A stretch of DNA of 64,000 bases from an uncultured delta proteobacterium (GCA_963816395.1 CAWFKQ010000016.1:288001-352000), one strand, 5' to 3'; numbered from the stretch's first letter, positions 32,881-43,739 are shown. Numbers and translations are program-made. Notes: generated by a model from the sequence alone, not told the origin.

Positions 32881-34451
32881 GCGCGCGGGATTAGTCCCGA
32901 CTCTTCTGAAAGGGTCTGAAGCGTTGGCTTTTCTGACTCCACCTTTAGCGGGAACCTCATCCTTCCCCCTGCTGACCCTGCTGATCGGCCTGCCCGCCGC
33001 CGGCGGCATGGTCTGCCTCTGCCTGCGCCGGCATCCGGCCCTCTGCCGCTGGATCTCCCTGCTGACGACTTTGCTGGTGCTGGCCCTGGCCGTGTGGTAT
33101 TACGTCGCCCTGGCAGGCGGCAGCGGCTGGCTGCTGTACGAGGATTATCCCTGGATCGAGCGCTTCGGCGTCCATTACACCCTGGGCATGGACGGCATTT
33201 CCCTGCTGATGGTCCTGCTCACCTCCCTCACCCAGGCCATCGCCATCATCGTTTCCTGGCGCCGCAAGTACGAGCTTTCCCTTTTCTTCGCCACCATTCT
33301 GTTCATGGAGGCGGGGATCATGGGGGTCTTTCTCGCTCTCGATCTCTTTCTCTTCTATCTTTTCTGGGAGGTCATGATCATCCCGATGTTCTTCCTCATC
33401 GGGGTGTACGGCCGGCACGGGCGGCGCATCTACGCCGCGGTCAAGTTCTTCATCTACACCATCTCCGGCAGCCTGTTCATGCTGCTGGCGATCATCGCCC
33501 TGTACCTGCTGCACGGGGAGCAGACGCGGGCAGTACACCTTCGCCCTGGCGGCGCTGCAGGGCACCGTTCTATCTCCCGCGGCCGAGTACTGGATCTATG
33601 CCGCCTTTCTGCTGGCCTTCGCCATCAAGGTGCCGCTGGTGCCGGTGCATACCTGGCTGCCGGACGCCCATACCGAGGCGCCGACCGCCGGCTCCCTCGA
33701 TCTGGCCGGACTGCTGCTGAAAACGGGGATGTACGGCCTGATCCGCATCGCCTTCCCACTTTTTCCGGAGATGGCACAGGCCAGTTTTCCCCTGCTCGCC
33801 TCCCTGGCCCTGCTGGGGATCTTCTACGCCGCCTGGATCGCCTATGCCCAGACCGACGCCAAGCGCCTGGTCGCCTATTCCTCGATCGCCCACGTCGGTT
33901 TCATCGTCCTCGGGCTGTGCGCCTGGGACCAGGCGGCCGTGGAGGGGAGCATCCTGCAGATGTTCAATCACGGCATCACCACCGGCGCCCTGTTCGTCAT
34001 GGTGGGGATGCTGCGGCACCGGGTCAAGAGCCGCGAACTGGCCGAACTCAGCGGCATCTGGGGACGGGCGCCGGTCTTCTCCGCCTTTTTTCTCTTCTTC
34101 TCCCTGGCTTCCCTGGGGCTGCCGGGCCTGAACAATTTTGCCGGTGAGATCCTTATTCTGCTCGGCACCTTCCGGACCCATCCCCTGTGGGGCGGCCTGG
34201 CCATGGGCGGGGTGCTCTTCGCCGCCATCTACATGCTGCGCATCGTCAAGGAGATCATCTGGGGGGAGCCGATGTCCGAAGGGGTCTGGGAAGACCTGAC
34301 GCCGCGGGAACTGGTGGCCCTGATCCCGCTGGCCATCCTGGTGCTGTGGGTGGGGCTCTATCCCGCCCCCTTCCTCGAGCCGCTGCGTGAACCGGTGCGC
34401 CAGCTGCTCGCCGGGGTGCGGCTGGCGGCGAACCTGGGGGGGCTGCCATGA
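32877..34451 (+). CDS. nuoM: NADH-quinone oxidoreductase subunit M (start uncertain; frameshift near 33527)
   Basis: GMDGIS, FYLFWE, HTWLPDAHTEAP, LGLPGLNNFAGE. Confidence 0.92.
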
Positions 34452-35866
34452 CCGCCGCCGATCTCGCCGCTCTCGCCCCGATCCTGGTTCTGGCCATCGG
34501 CTCCGCCGCCGTCCTGCTCACCGGCGCCTGGTGGCCGCAGCAATCTTTCCAGTTGCTGCTGGGGGCGGCGCTGGCGCTCGCTGCCGCCCTGATCGGCTTC
34601 TTCTACCAGGGGCCGGTGGCGGAGATCGCCGGCCTTTACGGGGCCGGCCCCTACGCCCGTTTCTTCACCGTGCTGTGGAGCCTGGTGGCGGCGCTGACCC
34701 TTGTTCTTTCCCTGCGCTACGGGGCGGCGCGGCACTTTTCCGGCGGCGAGTTCAGTGCCCTGGTCCTGTTCGGGACCGCCGGCATGGTCCTGCTCTCCTC
34801 GGCGGTCTCCCTGGTCGGCCTCTTCCTCGGCCTGGAGGCCTATACCCTGGTTCTCTACATCCTGATCGCTTTCAACCGGGAGGGGGCCGAAGGGGCCGAG
34901 GCGGGACTGAAATACCTGATATTAGGGGCGGTGGCCACCGGCTTTCTCGGTTTCGGCATCGCCCTGATCTATACGGCCTCCGGCACCTTCCATCTCCCCG
35001 AGGCGATGGCCGGGCTGGTCGAGGGCGCCCGGATGCGCCCCCTGGGCCTGCTGGGGTGGGGGATGCTGCTGGTGGCCCTCGGTTTCAAGGTCTCCCTGGT
35101 GCCCTTCCACCTGTGGACGCCCGACGTCTACCAGGGGGCGCCGGCACCGGTGGCCGGCCTGCTGTCCACCGGCTCCAAAGGAGCGGTTTTCGCCGTCCTG
35201 GTCACCCTGGCCGCGGCCCAGGGGCAATGGGGAGGGGTGGCGCTGGCTCCCCTGCTGTGGGGCCTGGCCGCCGTCACCATGCTGGTCGGCACCTTCTGCG
35301 CCCTGCGTCAGGACAACCTCAAGCGCCTGCTCGCCTACAGCTCGGTGGTGCACATGGGCTACCTGCTCATCGCCCTGCTGGCGGGGGGCAGGGATGGCTT
35401 CGGTGCCGTCCTCTTCTACCTGGTGGCTTATGCCGCCGTCAATCTCGGTGCGTTCGGGGTGATCGCCTCCTTTTCCGGCGAGGCCGGAGAGCCGCAGCAG
35501 ATCGAGCAGTTCCGCGGCCTCGGTTACCGCCATCCGCTGCGCTGCGGGACCCTGGCCGTCTTCCTCTTCTCCCTGGCCGGCATCCCCCCCACGGCCGGCT
35601 TCATCGGCAAGTTCACCATCTTCTACGCCGCCATCGAGTCCGGCTACACTCTGCTCGCCGTTCTGGGGATCTTCGCCTCGATCATCTCCCTCTACTACTA
35701 CCTGCGGGTGATCGTGGTCATGTTCATGTCTTACGAGGCCGCTCCCGACCTGCATCGGGGGACCAATATCGAGCGGGCGGCCCTGGCGGTATGCCTGCTG
35801 GCAACCCTCCTGTTCGGCATCTATCCCGGCCCCCTGCTGAGCACGATTGCCTCCTTGCTGCCCTGA
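34448..35866 (+). CDS. nuoN: NADH-quinone oxidoreductase subunit N
   Basis: EAGLKY, FKVSLVPFHLWTPDVYQGAP, KRLLAYSS, AGIPPTAGF. Confidence 0.96.
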   Translation: MTAADLAALAPILVLAIGSAAVLLTGAWWPQQSFQLLLGAALALAAALIGFFYQGPVAEIAGLYGAGPYARFFTVLWSLVAALTLVLSLRYGAARHFSGGEFSALVLFGTAGMVLLSSAVSLVGLFLGLEAYTLVLYILIAFNREGAEGAEAGLKYLILGAVATGFLGFGIALIYTASGTFHLPEAMAGLVEGARMRPLGLLGWGMLLVALGFKVSLVPFHLWTPDVYQGAPAPVAGLLSTGSKGAVFAVLVTLAAAQGQWGGVALAPLLWGLAAVTMLVGTFCALRQDNLKRLLAYSSVVHMGYLLIALLAGGRDGFGAVLFYLVAYAAVNLGAFGVIASFSGEAGEPQQIEQFRGLGYRHPLRCGTLAVFLFSLAGIPPTAGFIGKFTIFYAAIESGYTLLAVLGIFASIISLYYYLRVIVVMFMSYEAAPDLHRGTNIERAALAVCLLATLLFGIYPGPLLSTIASLLP

Positions 35867-35990
35867 CCGAACCCATTGCAGAAAGCGACACGCAGGCTCC
35901 TCCCGCCTTGCCAGGCGGCAGGGCATTCTGCTAGTATGATATGGAATTAAGACGCAGGACTGAGATCATCAGGAATCCAGAGGCTTTGCA

Positions 35991-36476
35991 ATGAAATGGT
36001 TCAAAAATGAAAAAAACCTGGATCAGGACCGGGCTTCTTTCGCTGCCGCCGAAGCTGTCATGAGCGAAGCTGAATTCACTTCCTTTCTCGAAATGCTGCG
36101 GACGGAAAAGTCCTATCTGACCGAAACGAGGGCAAAGTGCCTCGAACTGCTGAAGTTTCTGACCGCGCCGGCGAGCCGCTTCGGCAGTCGCAAGATGCGG
36201 GAGAAGGCGACGGCCTTGGTGGCGGCCCTGCAGGAATTGAAGATTCTGACCACCACCCACTTCCTGGTTTTTCCGCGCAACCAGACCGGAAACAACCTGC
36301 GGCACTCTCTTCACCCCGATTATTTCATCCTGGAGATGACCAACGTGTCCCTCGATCAGCACGAATTTCACCTCAAGGCCGAGCGGCAGCTGGCCGAGTG
36401 TCTCGCCACAACCAGCGATTGTTACCGGGAATATCGGGCCGCCGCCAGACGGCAGTTGCAGCTGCAGGAGGAATGA
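35991..36476 (+). CDS. Hypothetical protein (161 aa)
   Basis: SD GAGG, coding-like codon usage, no recognised motif. Confidence 0.7.
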   Translation: MKWFKNEKNLDQDRASFAAAEAVMSEAEFTSFLEMLRTEKSYLTETRAKCLELLKFLTAPASRFGSRKMREKATALVAALQELKILTTTHFLVFPRNQTGNNLRHSLHPDYFILEMTNVSLDQHEFHLKAERQLAECLATTSDCYREYRAAARRQLQLQEE

Positions 36477-36629
36477 ATGCGTTCCTGCATCCGGACCATC
36501 ATCTGCATCAACGGCCAATGCTTCGACAACATTCCCGATGCCGTCAAGTGCCTCCTGGATATCGCCAGCCGGCGCCGGCCGGTGACCATTACCCGCTTCT
36601 CCGATACCCACCACTGCCTGCCCACCTGA
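36477..36629 (+). CDS. Small Cys/His-rich protein (50 aa), not in the ORF track
   Basis: GGAGGA SD; ATG directly after the upstream TGA; strong C/G third-position bias. Confidence 0.65.
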   Translation: MRSCIRTIICINGQCFDNIPDAVKCLLDIASRRRPVTITRFSDTHHCLPT

Positions 36630-36715
36630 TCCGCCCTTTCCCCGACGAGTGCCGTCACTCCTTCTTTACAAGAGAGCGCCATCGCCAGTATACTCTGTGA
36701 GTATTTTATCTACTC

Positions 36716-39544
36716 ATGGAGGATTTCATGGATACCCTCGCCTCGCGTCTTGCCGTCCTCACCGGGAAAATCCGCAGCTATGGCAAGGAGAACCTCGAAG
36801 ACATTCTGCACGTGGTGATTGAAGGGGCGACCCTCATCACCCGCCATAACCGCTGTCGGATCTACCTGGAGGATCTCACCAGCGGCAGCCTGACCTGTGC
36901 CGGCGCCACCGGTCTGATGGCGGCGGCCGTCCGCGAACATGCTTTTCCCATCAACACCACCGATTTTCTTGTCTCCCGGGTCTACATCACCCAGGAGGAG
37001 GCGCAGGTGGAGGATGTGGCGGTCTTCCCCAGCCGCTTCGCCCGCGAGCTGGCGGAGCGCTTTGCCATTGCCGCCAGCTACCATCTGCCGCTGCTGCACC
37101 AGGGGCTCTCGGTGGGGGTGCTGTGCGTCGACAGCAGCCGCCGGGGACAGCTGCCCGCGGAAGGGCAGCGGCGGCAGCTGAAGGCCTTTCTCGACGAGGT
37201 GGTCCCGGTTATCGATCAGGCCCGTAAATACCACCAGCAGATCCTGTTGGCCCGGCGGGTGGATGAGGCAAAAAAGAAGGAGGCAGCCCTGTATATGGTC
37301 AAATCGGCGGTGCGGCTGATCGACAAGCTCTCCCTCGCCTCGGTGCTGATCCCCCTGCCGCTGGCCCCCGGTTGCGGGGAGGAGGGGCTGCAGATCCTTG
37401 CCTCCTACTCCAAGGACCAGGAAGAGCGCCGGCTCTACGAGGACGAATTGCTCATCGATCTGGGGCCGGGAAAGTCGCTCCTCTCGCGCTTCATCAACAA
37501 CGCCGGGATCATCACCGACGACACCCTCCTCTCGCCCCTGTATTTTCCCGACCTTCCCTCGGAAACCCTGCAGAAGCGCTACCTGACCGAGGAGCTGGGA
37601 ATGAAGTCCCTGTACGTGGTGCCGCGCTACGAGGCGCGCACCCGCCGGGTCATCTGCCTGGTGAATTACTACACCCGGGAGGCGCATCGCTTCAGCGATT
37701 TCGAGAAGGGACTGCTGCAGGCGCATGCCGAGATGGCGCAGCGGGTTATCCAGGAGATCGGCGACGAGCACATGGAGATCCAGGTGCTCTCGGAGATCAA
37801 CGACCTGCTGCAGGAGAAGTTCGAGGGGCTGCAGACCTTCCTCAGCCGCATCCTCTCCAAGGCCACCGAGCTGATCGGCGCCGATACCGGCAGCATCGCT
37901 CTGGTGCGGGAGCAGGAGGGTAGGAAATGGCTGGTGGTGGAGGACGCGGAAGGGAAGCTGGTCGGGGCCAAGAGCAAGGAATGGCTGAAGAAGGACATCC
38001 CGCCGATTCGCATCGGCGGCATCAGCCTGCCACCGGAGGAGCGCAGCCTGACCGGTTACGCGGCCTTCACCGGCCGGCCGTGCATCGTCGGGGACACGGT
38101 CGAGGAGAAGCGGAGCGGCGGCTTCTATCGCGAAATCACGGAAGCGATCAAGAGCGAAATCGCTGTGCCGGTGATCAGCGAGGGAGAGGTGATCGCGGTC
38201 GTCTGCCTGGACAGCCTGCGGCCTTTCCACTTTACCGAGGAGCACCGGCGCATCCTGCTGATCATCGGCCGGATGATCGCCCGCACCCTCTCCGACCTGC
38301 AGCGCATCGAGAAGCTGACCACCGAGGTCAACCGGCTGCGTTCCGACGTCGGCTACAAGGACCCGAAGATTTCCTCCTATAAACTCGGGAACATCATCGG
38401 CAACTCGGCCAAGTCGAACGAGATTGTGGAATTCATCCAGCGGGTGACCCCCCCCATTTTCAACCGCATCGCCTACTGGAGCCGCACCGACGTGCAGGAG
38501 GCGACCCTGGGGCTGCCCTCCATCCTCATCACCGGCGATACCGGCAGCGGCAAGGAATTTCTGTTCAACAACATCTTCTCCCGTCTGAATGAGATGTACC
38601 TGGAGAAGATCGACCCGCGCGGCGAACTGTCAGTGAAAAAGACCAATATCGCCGCCTACAGCGGTGAGCTGACCTATTCCGAACTCTTCGGCCACAAGCG
38701 CGGCGCCTTTACCGGCGCCCACGCCGACCGCCGGGGGATTCTCGAGGAGGCGCACGGAGGGGTGGTCTTCCTCGACGAGATCGGCGACGCCGATCCGAAA
38801 ACGCAGGTGCAGCTGCTGCGTTTCCTGGACAACGGCGGCTTCGTCCGCCTGGGAGAGAACGTGACCCGCTACGCCCGGGTGCTGCTGGTGGCGGCTACCA
38901 ACAAGAACCTGCGGCAGCTGATCCGCGAGGGGAAATTTCGCGAGGACCTCTACCACCGGTTGTCGGAACTGACCCTGCAGGTTCCCTCCCTCAACGAACG
39001 GCGGGAGGATATCCCCGACCTCGCCACCCATTTCCTGGGCAAGCTGTACCGGGTCTACCGGAAAGAGGATGAGGAGGAAACTGAAGCGCCCGTCCTCACC
39101 CGCGAGGCGCAGGCTCTGCTTTCCCGGCACCATTACACCGGCAATGTCCGCGAGCTGCGCAGCATTCTGCTGCGGGCGCTCTTCTTTCGCAAGCGGCGGC
39201 TGATCAACGAAGAGGATGTCCGGCGGGTATTGGAGACGCTGGAGCCGCGGGAAGCGGAAAACGCGGTGGAGAAGCTGACCGGTGAGGTGGCCCAGGAGAT
39301 CTATGAGGCCATTGGCCGAAGGGAGATCGATTTCTGGGACGGCGTGCACGCCCCGTTCACCGAAAGCCGCATCTCCCGCGAGGCCGTGGCGGCGGTGGTC
39401 GCCCTGGCCCGGCGCGATGGCGCCAGCACCATGCCGGCCATTGCCGAGCGCCTGTGCGCCTGCAATCCCAAGGGCACGCCGGAGGACCAGAAGGTCTTCT
39501 ACAAGTTTAAGAATTTCCTCTACAAGACGATCCGGATCGGCTAG
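36716..39544 (+). CDS. Multi-GAF sigma54-dependent transcriptional activator
   Basis: GAF-like repeats; GDTGSGKE Walker A, ELFGHKRGAFTGA, FLDEIG, FREDLYHRL, GNVREL. Confidence 0.92.
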   Translation: MEDFMDTLASRLAVLTGKIRSYGKENLEDILHVVIEGATLITRHNRCRIYLEDLTSGSLTCAGATGLMAAAVREHAFPINTTDFLVSRVYITQEEAQVEDVAVFPSRFARELAERFAIAASYHLPLLHQGLSVGVLCVDSSRRGQLPAEGQRRQLKAFLDEVVPVIDQARKYHQQILLARRVDEAKKKEAALYMVKSAVRLIDKLSLASVLIPLPLAPGCGEEGLQILASYSKDQEERRLYEDELLIDLGPGKSLLSRFINNAGIITDDTLLSPLYFPDLPSETLQKRYLTEELGMKSLYVVPRYEARTRRVICLVNYYTREAHRFSDFEKGLLQAHAEMAQRVIQEIGDEHMEIQVLSEINDLLQEKFEGLQTFLSRILSKATELIGADTGSIALVREQEGRKWLVVEDAEGKLVGAKSKEWLKKDIPPIRIGGISLPPEERSLTGYAAFTGRPCIVGDTVEEKRSGGFYREITEAIKSEIAVPVISEGEVIAVVCLDSLRPFHFTEEHRRILLIIGRMIARTLSDLQRIEKLTTEVNRLRSDVGYKDPKISSYKLGNIIGNSAKSNEIVEFIQRVTPPIFNRIAYWSRTDVQEATLGLPSILITGDTGSGKEFLFNNIFSRLNEMYLEKIDPRGELSVKKTNIAAYSGELTYSELFGHKRGAFTGAHADRRGILEEAHGGVVFLDEIGDADPKTQVQLLRFLDNGGFVRLGENVTRYARVLLVAATNKNLRQLIREGKFREDLYHRLSELTLQVPSLNERREDIPDLATHFLGKLYRVYRKEDEEETEAPVLTREAQALLSRHHYTGNVRELRSILLRALFFRKRRLINEEDVRRVLETLEPREAENAVEKLTGEVAQEIYEAIGRREIDFWDGVHAPFTESRISREAVAAVVALARRDGASTMPAIAERLCACNPKGTPEDQKVFYKFKNFLYKTIRIG

Positions 39545-39648
39545 CAGGCTGATGAAAACATTCGCCCCGTCCTCGGACGTTTCTAGTATCAGCGTGCGCC
39601 TGCTGTCGGAGCTAGCGCGGGTGCGCCGAACCCTCCTGAACTCACCCG

Positions 39649-40941
39649 TCAGCCGCCATAACCCGCCAGCAGCTTTTCCACCTGCCGCCGGTCCTTCGCC
39701 CGGAAGGGGCCGACGGCCGCCATCTTCAGCACTTCGGGGGCAAACAGGTCGCGGGCGGTGCACCACAGCTCTTCCGCGCTGACCGTCTGGAGATCCCGCC
39801 GGTCCTCTTCCACCGTGCGCAGAAAGCCCACGGCCTCCCCCCAGCCGAAGCGGGCAGCCATATCGTCCGGGTGGTCGCGGCTGAAGTCGAGGTCATAGAG
39901 GAAGTTGCGGGTTACCCGCGCCAGTTCCCCCGCCTCGAGCGGTTGCCGGCGAAGATCGCTGAAAATGGCCAGGATCTCCCGCACCGCCGGGACCAGGTTC
40001 TCCGCGGCGACCGAAGAATCAACGCTGAAGACGCCGGTATCCGCCAGCAGGGCCAGATTCGCTTCGACATTGTAGGTGAGCCCCAGGGTCTCCCGCAGCC
40101 GCAGCATCAGGCGGCTGGCGCCGCCGCCGGAAAGAACCCGCCGCAGCACCCGCAGAGGGATGCTGCGACCGCTTTCCCGCCCCGGCAGGCGAAAGGCGAG
40201 CTGCAGGCTCACCTGCGAGTCGGAATCACGGACCCAGATCGATGCCGGGCTGGCGGCCGGTGCCGGTGAAACCGGCAGCGGAGTGGGGTGCGGCGTCCCC
40301 CGCCAGTCGCCGAAAGCCGCTTCCACCGCTTCCAGGACATCCTCGCGGCGGACCGGGCCGGCCACCGCGATGACGGTTGCGGCCGGGGTGTAATAGCGGC
40401 CGTGGTGGTGCTGCAGGTCGGCCAGATCGATGCGGGCGATCGACTCGCGGGTGCCGATGGTCGGCAGGGACAGGGGATGGTCCGGCCAGAGAAGGCGGGC
40501 GGTCAGGTTGTCCGTACTGATGTCCTCCCCCCGCTCGTTGAGGTCCTCCAGGGCCTCCTCGAGAATGATCCGGCGCTCCACCTCCAGGTCGAGGAAGAGC
40601 GGGCGGCGCAGCATGGAGGCGAACAGGGCGGCACCGGCCTGGATCTGCCGTGGATGCAGGCGGGAATGGTAGAAGGTGGTCTCCGGGTCGGTGGCGGCAT
40701 TGACGGCGCCGCCGATCGCCTCGAAGGCCTGCTCCAGGTGCAGGTTGGAGGGGTATTCGGCGGTGCCGCGAAAGAGCATGTGCTCGAGGAAATGCGACAC
40801 TCCGGCGACCTCGCGAGCCTCGTGACGGCCGCCGACATCGACATAGCAGATCATTTCGGCGCTGTGCAGGTGGGGCATCGCCACCGTCATCACCCGCAGG
40901 CCGTTGTCCAGTGTATCCCGCCAATACTCGTTGCTTTTCAT
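39649..40941 (-). CDS. M16 family metallopeptidase
   Basis: Inverted zinc motif HFLEH, NAAT, ERRIILEE. Confidence 0.93.
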   Translation of the reverse strand: MKSNEYWRDTLDNGLRVMTVAMPHLHSAEMICYVDVGGRHEAREVAGVSHFLEHMLFRGTAEYPSNLHLEQAFEAIGGAVNAATDPETTFYHSRLHPRQIQAGAALFASMLRRPLFLDLEVERRIILEEALEDLNERGEDISTDNLTARLLWPDHPLSLPTIGTRESIARIDLADLQHHHGRYYTPAATVIAVAGPVRREDVLEAVEAAFGDWRGTPHPTPLPVSPAPAASPASIWVRDSDSQVSLQLAFRLPGRESGRSIPLRVLRRVLSGGGASRLMLRLRETLGLTYNVEANLALLADTGVFSVDSSVAAENLVPAVREILAIFSDLRRQPLEAGELARVTRNFLYDLDFSRDHPDDMAARFGWGEAVGFLRTVEEDRRDLQTVSAEELWCTARDLFAPEVLKMAAVGPFRAKDRRQVEKLLAGYGG

Positions 40942-40992
40942 TCCGCGGTCAGGTCCTCGCTCCTCCGGGGAGGACGCCTTGTTGCCCCAGCT

Positions 40993-41964
40993 CTAACGGA
41001 GCAGGCTGGCGGCTTCCTTGGCATGATAGGTGATGATCAGATCGGCTCCGGCCCGCTTCATCCCGAGCAGGGTTTCCAGCATGACCCGGTCGTGGTCAAT
41101 CCAGCCCATCCGGGCCGCGGCCTTGAGCATACTGTATTCGCCCGAGACGTTGTAGGCCACCAGGGGCAGGTCGAAGCGCTCCTTGAGATCACGCAGGATA
41201 TCCAGGTAGGCCAGGGCCGGCTTGACCATGAGGAAATCGGCGCACTCCTGCACATCGAGGGCCGCCTCGCGGAAGGCCTCGCGGCGGTTGGCCGGGTCCA
41301 TCTGATAGCTGCGGCGATCGCCGAACTGGGGCGTCGATTCGGCGGCGTCGCGGAAGGGGCCGTAATAGGCGCTGGCGTACTTGACGGCGTAGCTCATCAC
41401 CGGGATGTGGGCGAAGTCGTTGGCATCGAGGATTTCCCGGATGGCCGCCACCCGGCCGTCCATCATATCGGAAGGGGCGACGATGTCGGCCCCGGCGCGG
41501 GCATGGGAGAGGGCTTCGGCGGCGAGCAGCTTGAGCGTCTCATCGTTGTCCACGTCACCGTCGCGGATCACCCCGCAGTGGCCGTGATCGGTATATTCGC
41601 AAAGGCAGACGTCGGTGATCACCGTCAGCTCCGGCACCGTCTTCTTGATCGCCCGGATCGTCTCCTGAATGATGCCGGTTTCGCTGTAGGCGTCCTGCCC
41701 GACCGCATCCTTGGTCTCCGGGATGCCGAAGAGAAGCACCGCCGGGATACCGAGTTCGCGCACCTCCTTTGCCTCGGCGACGATGTGTTCGATGGACTGC
41801 TGGAAGATCCCCGGCATGGAGGGGATCTCCTTTTTTATCCCCCGGCCGAAGGCGCTGAACATCGGATAGATCAGGTCCTCCGTCCGCAGGTGGGTCTCGC
41901 GGACCATACGGCGAAGATTGTCGTTGCGGCGCAGGCGGCGGGCGCGGTATTCGGGAAAAAACAT
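40993..41964 (-). CDS. hemB: Porphobilinogen synthase
   Basis: [27 protein letters not shown]. Confidence 0.98.
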   Translation of the reverse strand: MFFPEYRARRLRRNDNLRRMVRETHLRTEDLIYPMFSAFGRGIKKEIPSMPGIFQQSIEHIVAEAKEVRELGIPAVLLFGIPETKDAVGQDAYSETGIIQETIRAIKKTVPELTVITDVCLCEYTDHGHCGVIRDGDVDNDETLKLLAAEALSHARAGADIVAPSDMMDGRVAAIREILDANDFAHIPVMSYAVKYASAYYGPFRDAAESTPQFGDRRSYQMDPANRREAFREAALDVQECADFLMVKPALAYLDILRDLKERFDLPLVAYNVSGEYSMLKAAARMGWIDHDRVMLETLLGMKRAGADLIITYHAKEAASLLR

Positions 41965-42056
41965 GGGCGGCTCCTATGAATTCAATCGCGGTGAAGAGTA
42001 GAGGCCTGGATGGACCGTAGCGTAAAACGTCTGTGAAGTCAACGCGTTGCCGGTAA

Positions 42057-43610
42057 TCAGCGGCTTTCTTCCGGTCGGCCGGCGGCGGTGAAATAGCGAA
42101 CGATTTCTCCGGTCAGCGCCGTCAGGGTATATTCCTTCGGCTCTATCCGGACCCGGAGACCGAGTTCCCGGCAGGCTTTTGTGGTGATCGGCCCGATGGA
42201 AGCGACGGCGACCCGGTCGAGCAGAGAGGGCAGCCGGTCGGCGCCGAGCATGGCGGCCAGGTTGGCGACCGTGGAGGAGGAGGTGAAGGTGATGCAGTCG
42301 ATCCCTCCCGCCTCCAGCTCATCGATCACCCCGGCGGGCAGTGCTTCCGGGAGGAGATTGCGGTAGGCGACGGGGGCGACCACCTCCGCCCCCAGCCGGG
42401 AGAGTTCGGCGGGGATGACCTCCCGCGCCCGATCCGCCCGCGGAAAGAGGATCCTGCGGCCGGCGATCGGCAGCTGCCGAAAGGCGGCGACCACCCCTTC
42501 CGCCTTGTAATCGGCCGGCAGCAGATCGGCTTTGAGCCCGAAAGGAACCAGGGCGGCGGCGGTTTTGGGGCCGACGGCGCAGATCCGGCAGGGGCCGAAA
42601 GCCCGGGTATCCAGCCCCCGTTCGCCGAGGCGGTCGAAAAAGAAACGGACGGCGTTGACGGAGGTGAAGATCGTCCAGGCGAACTCCGGCAGACGGGAGA
42701 TGGCACCGTCGATCTCCTGCCAGCTCTCCGGCGGCACCAGGCGGATGGTGGGGCATTCGACGACCCGGGCGCCGCGGGCCTCCAGGAGGGCGGAAAATTC
42801 TCCGGCCTGGTCGGCGGCGCGGGTGACCATGACCGTCTTGCCGAACAGGGGGCGGTTGTCGAACCAGCGCAGCTCCTCGCGCAGGGCGACCACCTCGCCG
42901 ACGATGATCACCGCCGGCGGCTTGAAGCCGGTCTCCCGGACTTGTTCCACCACCGTTTCCAGGGTGGCGACCAGGGTCTGCTGGCGGGGCGTGGTGGCCC
43001 AGCGCACGAGCGCCACCGGCGTCTGCGGCGGCCGCCCGTGGGCCATGAGCCGTTCGGCGATCAGGGGCAGATTGGCGATCCCCATGTAAAAGACCAGGGT
43101 GCCGACTCCGGTCGCGAGTTTTTCCCAGTCGAGGCTGCTGACCCTTTTGGCCGGATTCTCGTGGCCGGTGACCAGGCCGAGGCTGGTGGTGAAATCGCGG
43201 TGGGTCAGGGGGATGCCGGCGTAGACGGCGGCGGCGAAACCGGCGGTCACTCCGGGCACCACCTCGAAGGGGATCCCGGCGCGGGCGAGGAACTGGGCCT
43301 CCTCCCCGCCGCGGCCGAAGACGTAGGGGTCGCCCCCTTTCAGCCGGACGACGATTTTCCCCTGTCCCGCCCGCTCGGCGAGCAGGGCGTTGATGCGCTC
43401 CTGGGGGGTATGGTGGCAGCCGCGGGTCTTGCCGACATAAAGGTGCTCGGCGCCGGGGGCCTCGCGGAGGAAATCGGGGTTGGCCAGGTAGTCGTAGATG
43501 ACCACCTCGGCGCGGCGCAGGCATTCCAGGCCGCGGACGGTGATCAGGCCGGGATCGCCCGGTCCGGCGCCGATCAGATAGACTATCCCTTTTTTACCAG
43601 AATCTTGCAT
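42057..43610 (-). CDS. cobA: Fused uroporphyrinogen-III C-methyltransferase / synthase (CobA-HemD)
   Basis: GAGPGDPGL, LKGGDPYVFGRGGEE; HemD part FTSVNAV, FTSSSTV, SIGPIT. Confidence 0.95.
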   Translation of the reverse strand: MQDSGKKGIVYLIGAGPGDPGLITVRGLECLRRAEVVIYDYLANPDFLREAPGAEHLYVGKTRGCHHTPQERINALLAERAGQGKIVVRLKGGDPYVFGRGGEEAQFLARAGIPFEVVPGVTAGFAAAVYAGIPLTHRDFTTSLGLVTGHENPAKRVSSLDWEKLATGVGTLVFYMGIANLPLIAERLMAHGRPPQTPVALVRWATTPRQQTLVATLETVVEQVRETGFKPPAVIIVGEVVALREELRWFDNRPLFGKTVMVTRAADQAGEFSALLEARGARVVECPTIRLVPPESWQEIDGAISRLPEFAWTIFTSVNAVRFFFDRLGERGLDTRAFGPCRICAVGPKTAAALVPFGLKADLLPADYKAEGVVAAFRQLPIAGRRILFPRADRAREVIPAELSRLGAEVVAPVAYRNLLPEALPAGVIDELEAGGIDCITFTSSSTVANLAAMLGADRLPSLLDRVAVASIGPITTKACRELGLRVRIEPKEYTLTALTGEIVRYFTAAGRPEESR

Positions 43611-43621
43611 GGCCCAACCGT

Positions 43622-43739
43622 GTAGGGGCACGGCATGCCGTGCCCCTAACAAATTTGCCCGAAATCACCAGCAGGGCACGGCGCGCCGTGCCCCTACAAA
43701 ATTACCGTTACCGGAGGGCACGGCATGCCGTGCCCCTAC
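43622..43739. repeat. Cluster of three GTAG-type REP palindromes
   Basis: (GTAG)GGGCACGGC(AT/GC)GCCGTGCCC(CTAC) at 43622-43648, 43673-43697, 43715-43739. Confidence 0.9.

Noticed and set aside
39543..39604. AGCAGGCTGATGAAAAC as an IS/MITE end
   Set aside because: The partner arm is heavily degenerate and there is no second copy in the window; may simply be a terminator hairpin between convergent genes.
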